Below, in pieces: positions 17,787 to 27,078 of a stretch of 41,812 nucleotides of DNA. Every line of letters starts with the position of its first letter. Position 1 is the stretch's first letter. The position numbers and the translations under genes are program-made. Origin of the DNA: Chloroflexota bacterium (lineage in GTDB: Bacteria > Chloroflexota > Anaerolineae > Anaerolineales > DRMV01); contig JAADFA010000109.1 of assembly GCA_013153135.1 (NCBI GenBank), positions 1 through 41,812 on the forward strand, given 5' to 3'. Below the pieces are notes generated by a model. That model saw only the letters and a program-made list of their open reading frames with translations, was not told the origin of the DNA and searched no databases.

Positions 17787-17802
17787 TGTGACATTTGTCA
17801 CT
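17787..17802. promoter_or_regulatory. CRP/FNR-like palindromic operator candidate upstream of the nitroreductase gene
   Basis: TGTGA-CATTTG-TCACT. The core GTGACA-TT-TGTCAC (17788-17801) is a perfect 14-bp palindrome. It lies between an AT-rich -10-like patch (17803-17811) and the RBS. Confidence 0.45.
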
Positions 17803-17842
17803 TTTATAATAAGCCGAAATGCCCGCCTTGGATCTGCCATCT

Positions 17843-18094
17843 CTAAGCCAACGGTGCGTCCGTGTCGTCTTCATCGGCTGGGGGCGGCTCAAAGGGCTGC
17901 AGTTGCTCGCCGACCAACTGACGGACGCGAAGCTCGGCCTCGTCGAGCAGGCGGGTACATTGATCGAGCAGTTGCTGCCCGCGTTCGTAGAGGGCAACGG
18001 CTTCTTCCAGGGGTAAATCTTCCTGTTCCAAGCGCAGGACGATGCGCTCAAGCTCTTGCAGGGCTTGTTCAAAGGAAAGGCGTTCAGGGCTCAC
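17843..18094 (-). CDS. xseB: Exodeoxyribonuclease VII small subunit
   Basis: 83 aa (FEQALQELERIVLRLEQEDLPLEEAVALYERG). The GTG start follows GGGGAGGA and overlaps the xseA 3' end by 11 nt. Confidence 0.88.
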   Translation of the reverse strand: MSPERLSFEQALQELERIVLRLEQEDLPLEEAVALYERGQQLLDQCTRLLDEAELRVRQLVGEQLQPFEPPPADEDDTDAPLA

Positions 18095-19430
18095 GGCGGT
18101 CCTCCCCTGAGGGAATATGACGTTGTTCTACGCGCAGGGTGAGGCGCCCTTGACCAAGCCGCGCGGTAAGGCGTTGGCCGGGCACCACATCCCTCGCATG
18201 GCGGATAAGGCGCCCCTGTTCATCAAATAGTAGGGCGTATCCCCGTTGCAACGGCGCGAGGGGGTCCAGGGCCCGGAGGCGGTAGCGGAGGTCTTGTAGG
18301 CGAGCGCGAGCGCGAGAGAGTTGCTGGTCCATCGCGCGCGGCAAGGCTTGTTGCACGTGATGGCATCGTTCGCGCGCGAGGATAAGATGGTGCCGCAAGG
18401 CCTGGCGCAACCGGACCCGCCATTGTTCCAGACGAAGGCGATGGGCTTGCAGGCGGGTCTGAGGATGGTGCCGCTGCAAACGGCGTTCCAGATAAGCCAG
18501 TTGGGTCGCGGCGGTCAGCAAATGTCGTTCTAATGCGCGCGCCATGCGAGCCCGCAAGTGCGCGAGCATATCCCGCAGCGCGGCCTGGTCGGGGGTTGCG
18601 AGTTCGGCCGCGCCTGTAGGGGTGGGCGCGCGGCGGTCCGCAGCAAAGTCAACCAGGGTGAAATCGGTCTCGTGGCCCACGCCGGTGATCACAGGCGCTT
18701 GGCTCGCGGCTACCGCGCGCACTACGCGTTCATCATTGAACGCGGCCAGGTCTTCCACCGCGCCGCCACCCCGGGCCAGGATGATGACGTCGGGTTGTGC
18801 GACGCGATTGAGCGCCTCAAGCGCCGCGACCAGGCTCTCGGGTGCTTCGTCGCCCTGGACAAAGCTCGCGGCCAGCACCACTTCGGCCAAAGGATAGCGT
18901 CGGCGAATGGTGTTGAGAATATCGCGCAGCGCCGCGCCCGTCGCGGAGGTAACCACGCCGATGCGCCGCGGGAAGCGAGGGATGGGTCGCTTGCGTTCTT
19001 CATCAAACAGGCCTTCGGCTTCGAGCCGGGCCTTAAGCCGCAGGAAGGCTTGATACGCGGCCCCCTGGCCTACGGGTCGGATGACGTCCGCGTAGAGCTG
19101 GTATTTGCCTCCGCGTGGATAAAGGTCCAGGTAGCCGTGCACCTCCACGTGGTCGCCCGGCTGGGGAAGGTAGATGCGGCTTTGGCGCAGCACTCGCGGG
19201 CGCCACATCACGCATGGTAACACCGCGCGGCCGTCCTCATCGACCAGGGTGAAGTAAAGGTGGCCAGAGCGCGGCTGGGAGACGTGCGAGACTTCACCCT
19301 GGACCCAGAGGTCCTGGAGCTCGGCTTGCTCCTGGATGAGGCCGCGGACCAGCGTGAGTACGTCGCCCACGCGCCAGACGGGCGGACGCCAAAAGTCTTC
19401 GAGGAGTTGCTGGATAAGATCCTCGGTCAT
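18084..19430 (-). CDS. xseA: Exodeoxyribonuclease VII large subunit
   Basis: 448 aa with an N-terminal OB fold (LWVQGEVSHVSQPRSGHLYFTLVDE), the catalytic region (VITGVGHETDFTLVDFAAD) and a C-terminal coiled coil. Confidence 0.9.
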   Translation of the reverse strand: MTEDLIQQLLEDFWRPPVWRVGDVLTLVRGLIQEQAELQDLWVQGEVSHVSQPRSGHLYFTLVDEDGRAVLPCVMWRPRVLRQSRIYLPQPGDHVEVHGYLDLYPRGGKYQLYADVIRPVGQGAAYQAFLRLKARLEAEGLFDEERKRPIPRFPRRIGVVTSATGAALRDILNTIRRRYPLAEVVLAASFVQGDEAPESLVAALEALNRVAQPDVIILARGGGAVEDLAAFNDERVVRAVAASQAPVITGVGHETDFTLVDFAADRRAPTPTGAAELATPDQAALRDMLAHLRARMARALERHLLTAATQLAYLERRLQRHHPQTRLQAHRLRLEQWRVRLRQALRHHLILARERCHHVQQALPRAMDQQLSRARARLQDLRYRLRALDPLAPLQRGYALLFDEQGRLIRHARDVVPGQRLTARLGQGRLTLRVEQRHIPSGEDRREP

Positions 19431-19433
19431 GGG

Positions 19434-20075
19434 CTACCCTTCTGCCGCGGGCTGGGATGACGTCGGCGATGCGGGCGGGGCCTGGGCTTCGAGGAAGGGC
19501 CCGGTGAGCATAGCCCAGATAATCGGCGCGAGGAGCGCGGGTAGGTCCAGCCCGGGTTGAAAGGCCAGCCGCACCAGGCCATAGAGCCAGAACCACGCAC
19601 CGCCCAGGGCGTTGAGCAAAAGCCAACGCGGCCACGCACGCGAAGGCAGAGGGAGGAGCCACGCTTGGCTTGTGCCGACCATAAGGCCCCACAGCAACGC
19701 GGCGGCCAAACCCCAAGGCGAGGTTAGCCAGCGCCGCGGCTCGGGCACTCGCGATAGCAGCCCGGCCGCGAGCAGGGCCGTCCCCCAGGCCCACACCCAC
19801 GGAAGCCCGAGGGCCCATGCCCAGGGATGGCGCACGCGCGACCCCAGGGCCAGGACCTGCCACACGCTCACGGCCAGACCCAGGGCCAGGCTCAGAGCCG
19901 CGAGCCGCACGGGAATGGCCGCGGGTCCTTCAAGGGTGCGGCCGAGCGCGCGGGCTACCAGTACGAACGGCCATTGGAAAAAGAGGCCGCCTGGGTAAAC
20001 GCTCAGCAGACGGCCGAAAAAAGCGCCCAGGGCCATGGCCCAGATCCAGCGGGTGGTCAGGCGCCAACGGCTCAT
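19434..20075 (-). CDS. Trp-rich integral membrane protein, hypothetical
   Basis: 213 aa with several TM segments (HPWAWALGLPWVWAWGTALL and others). There is an ATGA overlap with the upstream gene and a 3-nt gap to xseA. Confidence 0.55.
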   Translation of the reverse strand: MSRWRLTTRWIWAMALGAFFGRLLSVYPGGLFFQWPFVLVARALGRTLEGPAAIPVRLAALSLALGLAVSVWQVLALGSRVRHPWAWALGLPWVWAWGTALLAAGLLSRVPEPRRWLTSPWGLAAALLWGLMVGTSQAWLLPLPSRAWPRWLLLNALGGAWFWLYGLVRLAFQPGLDLPALLAPIIWAMLTGPFLEAQAPPASPTSSQPAAEG

Positions 20076-20920
20076 GCCGTGCCCTCCAGGAGCAGGGCTA
20101 CGGGTTGCCCGAAACGGAGCCCCAGGGTTTGGGCTGCAGAGCCCTGGTTGATTACGATTTCAATCAGGCCCGTACTTCCGACCAGGGCCGCGGCTTCGCC
20201 CGGGGCGACGTCGCCGAAGGTGCGTACCAAGGGCAGCACGCGTCCGTCGGGCAGGGCTACCCCGCGCACCGTGGGAAGGGCTCGCGAAGGCCCCTGGCCG
20301 AGCCAGGGCTCCAAGCGCCAGCTCGGAGGTGCGGGTTCCAGACGGCCCAGGCTGGTGAGCACGTTGCCGAACCGATCCGCGTGCAGAGTTTGGCCTTCAA
20401 TACGGTCTGGGTAGATTTGTAGCCGTGGCAGCGGGATGCGGACCAGGGCATCCAACCCGAGCGCGGGACCGAACGCAGGGCCGGGTACGCCCAGCGCGCT
20501 ATGGGCCGCGGCAGGTGCGAAGATATCGCGGCCGTGAAAGGTGGTACTCACGCGCGGCAAGCGGTACGCGGGTGCGCGTAGCTCCCACGCGCGAGCGTGG
20601 GGGTCGAGGGTGAGCAGGTAGGTGAGTACGCCGTTGTCGGGCGCGATGAAGCTGTAGCCCGCGCTGTCGACCCGGATAGCGCGGCGCTGGGTTCCCACAC
20701 CGGGGTCGACGACAATAAGGAAGACCGTACCGCGCGGGAAAGCATCGCGGCTTTGCCAGAGGACGAAAGCCGCGCGGGCGATATCGCCGGGCGGGATGTG
20801 ATGGGTTAGGTCGATGAAGGGCCCGGGGTAGCCCACGCGACGCATGACGCCTTTCATGATGCCCACGTAGGGATCCAGCGTGCCAAAATCGGTTAAGATT
20901 GCGATAGCCGGAGCAGGCAT
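20072..20920 (-). CDS. SAM hydrolase / SAM-dependent halogenase family protein (DUF62)
   Basis: 282 aa from MPAPAIAILTDFGTLDPYVGIMKGV, with motifs VVDPGVGT and APDNGVL. AGGAGGATCT precedes the ATG at 20920. Confidence 0.82.
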   Translation of the reverse strand: MPAPAIAILTDFGTLDPYVGIMKGVMRRVGYPGPFIDLTHHIPPGDIARAAFVLWQSRDAFPRGTVFLIVVDPGVGTQRRAIRVDSAGYSFIAPDNGVLTYLLTLDPHARAWELRAPAYRLPRVSTTFHGRDIFAPAAAHSALGVPGPAFGPALGLDALVRIPLPRLQIYPDRIEGQTLHADRFGNVLTSLGRLEPAPPSWRLEPWLGQGPSRALPTVRGVALPDGRVLPLVRTFGDVAPGEAAALVGSTGLIEIVINQGSAAQTLGLRFGQPVALLLEGTA

Positions 20921-21199
20921 AGATCCTCCTGGGCCTGAACGGACGTAAGGTACATTGTACCGCAAGCGTAACCACCCGGCCCAAAGGCTGTTCGTCGCTC
21001 ATTGTGGATGGCTTCGATGTTGTGGCCAGGGGGTAAGTGACGCGCTTCGGCCCAGGTCCGGCCATCGACCGTCCCCCCTCGGCCTCCAACCCGGGCCTGG
21101 GCCGACCTTCATCACCGGATGGCCGGCGAAGCCCTCCGCGGGCACGGCGGCCCTCTTTGCGTTGGGAGCCTGCGGGTACACGGCCTCCCCGGTCCTGGG

Positions 21200-21223
21200 C
21201 TTTTGTGCTATCATAAACAAAAG
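21200..21223. promoter_or_regulatory. AT-rich inverted repeat at the 5' end of the signalling operon
   Basis: CTTTTGT-N10-ACAAAAG, located just upstream of the AGGAGGGGAG Shine-Dalgarno-like sequence of the first receiver gene. Confidence 0.4.
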
Positions 21224-21262
21224 TTCAGGAGGGGAGAGGCCACTGCCTTGAGGAGTGGAGCC

Positions 21263-21640
21263 GTGGCCGACGCGCTGATTTTATACGTCGAAGACAACGC
21301 AGACAACCGGATGCTGATTCGGCGTTTGTTGACCGCCGCGGGATATCGGCTGTTGGAAGCCGAGAACGCGGCCCAAATGTGGGAACTGTTAGCCCAGCAC
21401 ACACCTGATTTAATCTTGATGGACTTGCACTTGCCTCAGGTGGATGGATTTACGTTGACGCGGGAACTCGCCCAGCATCCTCAGTATGGCCATATCCCTG
21501 TGGTCGCGCTGACCGCTGATGTGCTCAAAGATACGCCAGAACGGTGCCGCCAAGCCGGTTGCATTGGTTATATCACAAAACCTATCAACGTAGATACGTT
21601 TCTAGAGCAAATTGAACACTTTCTGAATCGCTTATCTTGA
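21263..21640 (+). CDS. Stand-alone CheY-like response regulator receiver
   Basis: It has YVEDN, the phospho-acceptor context DLILMDLHLPQVDG, VVALTA and YITKP. The start is uncertain: GTG at 21263 after AGGAGTGGAG, or TTG at 21248. I rejected the upstream part of the 173-aa ORF. Confidence 0.8.
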   Translation: MADALILYVEDNADNRMLIRRLLTAAGYRLLEAENAAQMWELLAQHTPDLILMDLHLPQVDGFTLTRELAQHPQYGHIPVVALTADVLKDTPERCRQAGCIGYITKPINVDTFLEQIEHFLNRLS

Positions 21641-21649
21641 GGGAGTATC

Positions 21650-22096
21650 ATGGTTACGCAAGCCCCTGACCCGAACCCCACCCAGGAGGAGCCCAGCACG
21701 GGAGGTGACCGGCCGCTGGTTTTGGTGGTGGAGGATAATGTCTCGAATTTTGTCTTGATCGCTCGCATGTTAAGCTATATCGGCATTGATACTCAGTGGA
21801 AGACCTCAGGTTATGAGGTTGTGGAGTTCGCTCGACGCCTGCCGAAAGTAGATTTGATCTTGATGGATATTCGCCTGCCGTATGAAGATGGATATGAGGC
21901 TTTGAAAAAGATCCGAGCGAGCGAGGCCCTTAAAGATGTGCCTGTCATCGCGGTGACCGCGGAGGCGAGTCAGGAGCAAATGCGCAAGGCCCGAGAAGCC
22001 GGATTCAATGGGTTTATCGGCAAGCCGTTGGACCCGGATCGCTTTCCGGACCAAATTCGACGGTTGCTCGCGGGTGAAGAAGTTTGGGAGTTGTGA
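21650..22096 (+). CDS. Stand-alone CheY-like response regulator receiver
   Basis: 148 aa with VVEDN, DLILMDIRLPYEDG, VIAVTA and FIGKP. GAGGGAG lies upstream, and there is a 9-nt gap after the previous gene. Confidence 0.88.
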   Translation: MVTQAPDPNPTQEEPSTGGDRPLVLVVEDNVSNFVLIARMLSYIGIDTQWKTSGYEVVEFARRLPKVDLILMDIRLPYEDGYEALKKIRASEALKDVPVIAVTAEASQEQMRKAREAGFNGFIGKPLDPDRFPDQIRRLLAGEEVWEL

Positions 22097-22105
22097 GGTG
22101 CGGTG

Positions 22106-25100
22106 ATGCCGGAGGAGCCTTTGTTGCCGCTGGGCGCGGATGATGAGGAAGAGGAGCCCTTAGGCCATGATGAGCTGCTCATCCCCGTGGACCTAGGGAC
22201 CGACGAATGGTTGGAAGGCGGTGATGAGCAGCCAGACCAGGGCCGTCGGGCCCAGCCTCGTCCAGCGCAGAAAACTCGGCCCAAGTTCCGTCGGCGATTG
22301 CGGCGCCGCCTGACGGTGGTATTGACGTTGTTTGTGTTCTTGCCCTTCGTGGTTGGCATCCTCTGGCTGTTGTTCCAGGCTCGCGAAGAATGGCGCCGGA
22401 TGACGTTGGTCCAGGACGAGGTGGTGTTGGGCTTGGCTGTGCAAGAGGCACGTGATTGGTTGGTGGAGAGCCAATCGCGGTTGCGTAACGCGCTCCGGGA
22501 TCAAGATGTGCAAGAATCCATCGCCCTGATCCGCCGGTACCAAGACTGGCCCACCAGTCGGCGTTTCGTCAATGCTCGTAAAGCCTTATTCCGCCAGCTA
22601 GAGCAGGCTGTCAACCCCCCACGCGGGCTGCCCTATTACACCGATTTTTTGCTAATTGATGGCATCACCCAAGAGGTGGTGGCGGCGACCCGAGAGGAAT
22701 GGCAAGGGAAGCCCCTGGACGCGTTTCCTTTTAGCCAAGATGTTGTCGACGCGCTTATCCGGCCAGATATCCCCGAGCCCGGCGCGGTGTTGCATCAAGA
22801 AGTGCTCTTTCAATTCGCTGGCCTCGCGAAAGATGGCGAGGAGGCGTACCCCTTAGGGTTGCTCACCTTAGTGGCCGTTCCCGGCCCTGAGGAGGAGCCG
22901 CCCTATTTTTTGATCGCCCTGGGCCCCGCGTGGCCTCTTTATAACGCGCTCTTGAATTTGCAGCAATGGTTGCCTGAAGGTCAGGCTTTTTTGTGGGATG
23001 CTGATGGCCGGCTGTACCAGGTGGTTGAAGGGCAGCGTTTGGCCACGGTCTCGCCCAATAGCTTTTGGGCCCAATTGGGCACGTTGCTCAGTCGCGCTGT
23101 GCGCGAGTCGGCCCCCGAACTGTCGCTGCGGGAACGCTTGGCTTGGTACGTGCCTTTGCCTGAAACCCAGCTTATCGAACCTTATCAGCCCACGCGGAGC
23201 AAAGTGTTGCAAAGTGCGCCCACATGGGTGTTGCTTTACCAGACCCAAATGGGGTTGGCCGTGTGGTTGCCTGAGGCTAAGGTGGGGCTGAGCGCGTTCA
23301 CGCCCGTGGTCTCGTGGCTGGCAGCTTGGCGCAATTTGGCTTTTCAGGGCTTGGCCATTGGCGTGTTCATGCTCGTTTCGTTGGTCGTGGTCGCATGGCG
23401 CCTTTCGCGTTCCATCACTCAGCCCTTGAACCAGCTGGTGCAAAGCGCGGAACGGTTGAACCAAGGCGATTGGTCAGCTCGCGTGGATATTACCACCGAT
23501 GACGAAATCGGACTTTTGGGCTATACCTTCAACGAGCTGGCCGATAACCTGCAGGAGCTCTATACCACCATGGAGCTCGAACTCCAGCTGCGCACACGGC
23601 AGGTGCAGCTGGTTAGCGACTTCATCGACCTGGCCCTGGAAGGCATCCAGGATATGGGCCTCGCGTTGCGCACCATGCTCCAGTGGATTCAGGAGCGCTT
23701 CCCCAACCTGCCGCACACCAGCTTTTTGCTCTGGGATGAAAGCATGGGCCGCTGGGTTACCGGGGCCCGCGTGAGCCAATTGCCGCGTCAAGTGCAACGC
23801 ACCCTGACCGGGCTCGAGGTGCGTTTGGCTGATATGGTGCGCGAGCAGCTTGATTGGCAGCTCTGGATGCGCGGCGGCCGGGAGACCGCGCCCTTAATCC
23901 CCGAACCCCTTGTTGGGCTGGCTGGCGCACCCGTGCTCTTGGGTACGCGCTTGATCGGCGTGCTGATCGTGGGTACGGATCGCGAAGACGCGTTGGAACC
24001 CCACCGGGCCGACGCACTCCGGCTATTGGCTCGCCAGCTCGCGCTGATTTTAGAATATTGGCGCTTGTGGCATTCCGAAGCCCGAGAGGACCGACTGTTG
24101 CGCAGCGGCGAGCGCTTGCTGAGCCAGTTGCGCGACCTGCCGTATCCCAGCTTGCTATGGCCTACTATTGCCCAGATTCTGCAGCAAGAAGAGGCGCGCG
24201 AAACGCTGCTCTTGCGCCCCAAAGAAGGCCTCACCGATACCTGGGAGGTGGTGTACCCCGAAGACGCGAGCAGCGATATCCCCCCGCTGCGTGGGTTGTT
24301 GCCTTTAATCGCGGGTAAGCGTCACGTTGCTTGGCTGTTGGACGACGAGCAAACGCCTTTGGGGCAAGGACTCATGGGATTGGCTGGCTACGCGCGCAGC
24401 CGCAACTGGCGCCGTTTGGATGTGTATCCCATTCGCTCTGTGCGCGATGCGGACGAAGAGGGTGAGCGAGTGCTGGCGTTATGGGTCGTGGGTACATCGG
24501 CCTTGTACGCGCCCTCGGACACGTTCCACCGAATCCATACTTTCTTTGCATCAACTATAGCGTGGATGCACTATTACCTCGATTTGCGTCGCTGGGCGCG
24601 TATCTGGCGCATTGTTGAACGGGTCGCGACGTACGCGCCCGAAGCCCCCTCCGAAGGACATCTCTTTTTGCGCGCCTGGGACGAGATGTTATCGTACCTG
24701 CCCAAGGTTGATTTCTTCTTGGCCCAGTACGACTTGGATACGCAAGATTTTGTGGTCTACGTGTACCCCAGCGGACACCATTACTATCATACGACCATTA
24801 CACCCATCGAGCGCCGGCTGATCTGGCACGTGTTCCGCACGCAGCAGGCGCTGAACCTGGGTGGACGGCATAAGATCATCAGCCAGGTGGGCGATGCGGC
24901 CAGCTTGCCAACCCGGGTGCCAGAGTCCTGGGTCGGCGTGCCGGTGACGTTAGGTCGTCGCCAGCTGGGGGTCATCGGCTTGATGGATTGGGAGAATCCG
25001 CAGCGGTTTGATGATGAACACCTGACTTTCTTGCGCCGTTTGGCCCACGCGTTCAGTGGTCTGCTGTTCTACATCCAGCGCGAGCGTCGTTTGCGCCGCC

Positions 25101-25351
25101 GCAGCGAGCGCGAACGTTGGTTGCGCAGCTTCATCCAACATATCTCCTCATTGACCGACTTGCAGAACATTTTGGACTTTAGCGTACAAGAATTACGTCG
25201 CACCTTCCGCGCGCATCGGGTGCGAGTGCACTTGCGTCTGAGCAGTGAAGCAACGCGCGAAGCTCAGCACGAAACCAAGCAACAGGGGCACCAGCGCCCG
25301 TTGCCGCCGGATACGTCCCAACCGGGCCCGAACGGAGGCGAGCAAGCATGA
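22106..25351 (+). CDS. Membrane sensor: TM, ~330-aa extracytoplasmic domain, TM, HAMP, several divergent GAF-like domains; no output domain recognised
   Basis: 1081 aa. The TM segments are LTVVLTLFVFLPFVVGILWLLF and GLAIGVFMLVSLVVVAW. The HAMP is ITQPLNQLVQSAERLNQGDWSARVDITTDDEIGLLGYTFNELADNL. GAF-type endings include LIGVLIVGTDRED...LLARQLALILE and QLGVIGLMDWENPQRFDDEHLTFLRRLAHAF. Confidence 0.8.
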   Translation: MPEEPLLPLGADDEEEEPLGHDELLIPVDLGTDEWLEGGDEQPDQGRRAQPRPAQKTRPKFRRRLRRRLTVVLTLFVFLPFVVGILWLLFQAREEWRRMTLVQDEVVLGLAVQEARDWLVESQSRLRNALRDQDVQESIALIRRYQDWPTSRRFVNARKALFRQLEQAVNPPRGLPYYTDFLLIDGITQEVVAATREEWQGKPLDAFPFSQDVVDALIRPDIPEPGAVLHQEVLFQFAGLAKDGEEAYPLGLLTLVAVPGPEEEPPYFLIALGPAWPLYNALLNLQQWLPEGQAFLWDADGRLYQVVEGQRLATVSPNSFWAQLGTLLSRAVRESAPELSLRERLAWYVPLPETQLIEPYQPTRSKVLQSAPTWVLLYQTQMGLAVWLPEAKVGLSAFTPVVSWLAAWRNLAFQGLAIGVFMLVSLVVVAWRLSRSITQPLNQLVQSAERLNQGDWSARVDITTDDEIGLLGYTFNELADNLQELYTTMELELQLRTRQVQLVSDFIDLALEGIQDMGLALRTMLQWIQERFPNLPHTSFLLWDESMGRWVTGARVSQLPRQVQRTLTGLEVRLADMVREQLDWQLWMRGGRETAPLIPEPLVGLAGAPVLLGTRLIGVLIVGTDREDALEPHRADALRLLARQLALILEYWRLWHSEAREDRLLRSGERLLSQLRDLPYPSLLWPTIAQILQQEEARETLLLRPKEGLTDTWEVVYPEDASSDIPPLRGLLPLIAGKRHVAWLLDDEQTPLGQGLMGLAGYARSRNWRRLDVYPIRSVRDADEEGERVLALWVVGTSALYAPSDTFHRIHTFFASTIAWMHYYLDLRRWARIWRIVERVATYAPEAPSEGHLFLRAWDEMLSYLPKVDFFLAQYDLDTQDFVVYVYPSGHHYYHTTITPIERRLIWHVFRTQQALNLGGRHKIISQVGDAASLPTRVPESWVGVPVTLGRRQLGVIGLMDWENPQRFDDEHLTFLRRLAHAFSGLLFYIQRERRLRRRSERERWLRSFIQHISSLTDLQNILDFSVQELRRTFRAHRVRVHLRLSSEATREAQHETKQQGHQRPLPPDTSQPGPNGGEQA

Positions 25352-27078
25352 CCACTACGCCGGCCGCGCCTGAGCTCAATCAAGACGTATCCATGTTGCC
25401 GAACATTCAGCTCTACCGGCAACAGCTGCTTGGGATGTTTATCAATTTCATGGGCTTGGGCGCTCTGCCTATTCTATTGAGCTTTTTATGGCGCTTTTGG
25501 CACTTTGAGCGGCTCCGATATTTCTATTTGGCTTTCATTGCTCTAACCATCCTTTTATTGCTGAGCCGCCGTTTGTTTAGTTACCGCGTGCAGGTGACCT
25601 TGCTTATGGTTTTTCTGCACGTGTTGGCTGTCTATAGCGCCTTGTATTGGGGCATTTTCTCCGGTGGGCACCTGTTCTTCTTGGCCGCGCTGCTTATCGG
25701 GTCGCTCTTTTTAGATGTAAGCGGTGCAGTCCTCAATCTCATCGCGACCGCGGTAGTGCATACGATCTTGGCTTATGGGACGCTGGAACTGGGTTGGACC
25801 CTGGTAAGTGTATTCAAGGTTCCGCCGATCGCGTTCCAGTCACGCAATCGTTGGGTAGGCGCGACCATTACCTTTATCTTCGGCGCATCTACCTTGATTG
25901 TGCTTATCCACGCCCTGCAACGGCGCCTTGAGACCGCAGTAGAAGATAGTGTACACCTGGCCCAGATCCTCGATCAAGAACGGCAACGATTGGTCGCCCA
26001 GGAACGCCGTTTGCAACGCCGCGTGCGTCAAATCCGTGCGGTGAGTGAGATTATCAACGCGTTGAGTGAAATCCTCGATCCGGAACAGCTGGTTTGGGAA
26101 GTCGTCGATCAAATCCAGGCTCACTTTGCGTTGTATTACGTGGGTATTTTCACTGTCGACGCGGAATTTGAATACGCGATTTTGCAGGCTGGGAGCGGGG
26201 AAGCAGGTCGTAAAATGGTCCAGGAGGGGTACCGCCTCCCCTTAGGCGGCACCTCTTTGGTCGCTTGGGCCATCACGCAACGCAAGATGCGGGTCGCGCG
26301 CGATACCAAACTCGACCCTGGCCACTTCCCAAATCCCTTTTTGCCTTACACCCGCTCGGAAGTAGCTATCCCATTGATCGCACGCGGCGAGATTTTGGGC
26401 GCAATCACCATCCAATCCGACCGGCCCAATGCGTTCGATGAAGAGGACTTGCGTACGCTGCAAACCCTGGCGAACAGTGTTGCCCTCGCTTTAGCGAACG
26501 CGCAGCTTTTCCAACGTTTCCAATCTCAGCTGCGCGAGATTGAAGCTTTGCACCAACGGCTCTTTGAGCAGGCTTGGGTGGAACAGGAGACCGGTGAAAT
26601 CGAAGCCGAAGCCCATGGTGAACGCCTGCCGAGCAGGCCTGGGTACGAAGTCGAAGAGGAAGCACCAACGCACGTGGTCCGTCGACCGTTATTGCTATAC
26701 GGCCATCCCGTGGGCGAGCTTAGCCTTGAAGTGCCGGTATGGTCCGAAAGTGATGAGGAAATCCTGGAAGGTGTGCTCACCTCGTTGACCAATAGCCTGA
26801 TGGTGGCGCGGCTGCTGAGCTCGCTGCAAGCCTACGTCCGACGGGAGGAGATTCGCTATCGCTTGGCGGAACGGTTCAGTGAGGCTTTGGATTTTGATCT
26901 CTTAGCCCGGGTTACTTTGCAAGGCCTGCAAGAAGTTTTTGGCTTCAATGAGGGCTGGCTGCGTTTGGACGTGGAGGCCTTGTTGGCTGCGGAAGAGGCA
27001 GGTAGCCCATATGGGTCGCCCCGAGCCACGAGCCCTCCAGATGAACCCGGGGCGTCGTCTGCGGAGGAGAGCGCATGA
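25348..27078 (+). CDS. Polytopic (about 6 TM) membrane protein with coiled coil and a canonical GAF domain; no output domain recognised
   Basis: 576 aa, with an ATGA overlap with the upstream gene. The GAF reads HFALYYVGIFTVD...SEVAIPLIARGEILGAITIQSDRPNAFDEEDLRTLQTLANSVALALANAQLF. Confidence 0.8.
   Translation: MTTTPAAPELNQDVSMLPNIQLYRQQLLGMFINFMGLGALPILLSFLWRFWHFERLRYFYLAFIALTILLLLSRRLFSYRVQVTLLMVFLHVLAVYSALYWGIFSGGHLFFLAALLIGSLFLDVSGAVLNLIATAVVHTILAYGTLELGWTLVSVFKVPPIAFQSRNRWVGATITFIFGASTLIVLIHALQRRLETAVEDSVHLAQILDQERQRLVAQERRLQRRVRQIRAVSEIINALSEILDPEQLVWEVVDQIQAHFALYYVGIFTVDAEFEYAILQAGSGEAGRKMVQEGYRLPLGGTSLVAWAITQRKMRVARDTKLDPGHFPNPFLPYTRSEVAIPLIARGEILGAITIQSDRPNAFDEEDLRTLQTLANSVALALANAQLFQRFQSQLREIEALHQRLFEQAWVEQETGEIEAEAHGERLPSRPGYEVEEEAPTHVVRRPLLLYGHPVGELSLEVPVWSESDEEILEGVLTSLTNSLMVARLLSSLQAYVRREEIRYRLAERFSEALDFDLLARVTLQGLQEVFGFNEGWLRLDVEALLAAEEAGSPYGSPRATSPPDEPGASSAEESA

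Noticed and set aside
20921-21262. Small ORFs 20955-21251(+) and 20999-21220(-), and a possible tRNA or ncRNA, in the 340-bp region upstream of the signalling operon.
   Set aside because: The ORFs lack SD sites and have low-complexity translations. I see no cloverleaf-compatible arms or T-loop (GTTCRANYC) motif. Only the inverted repeats reported above stand out.
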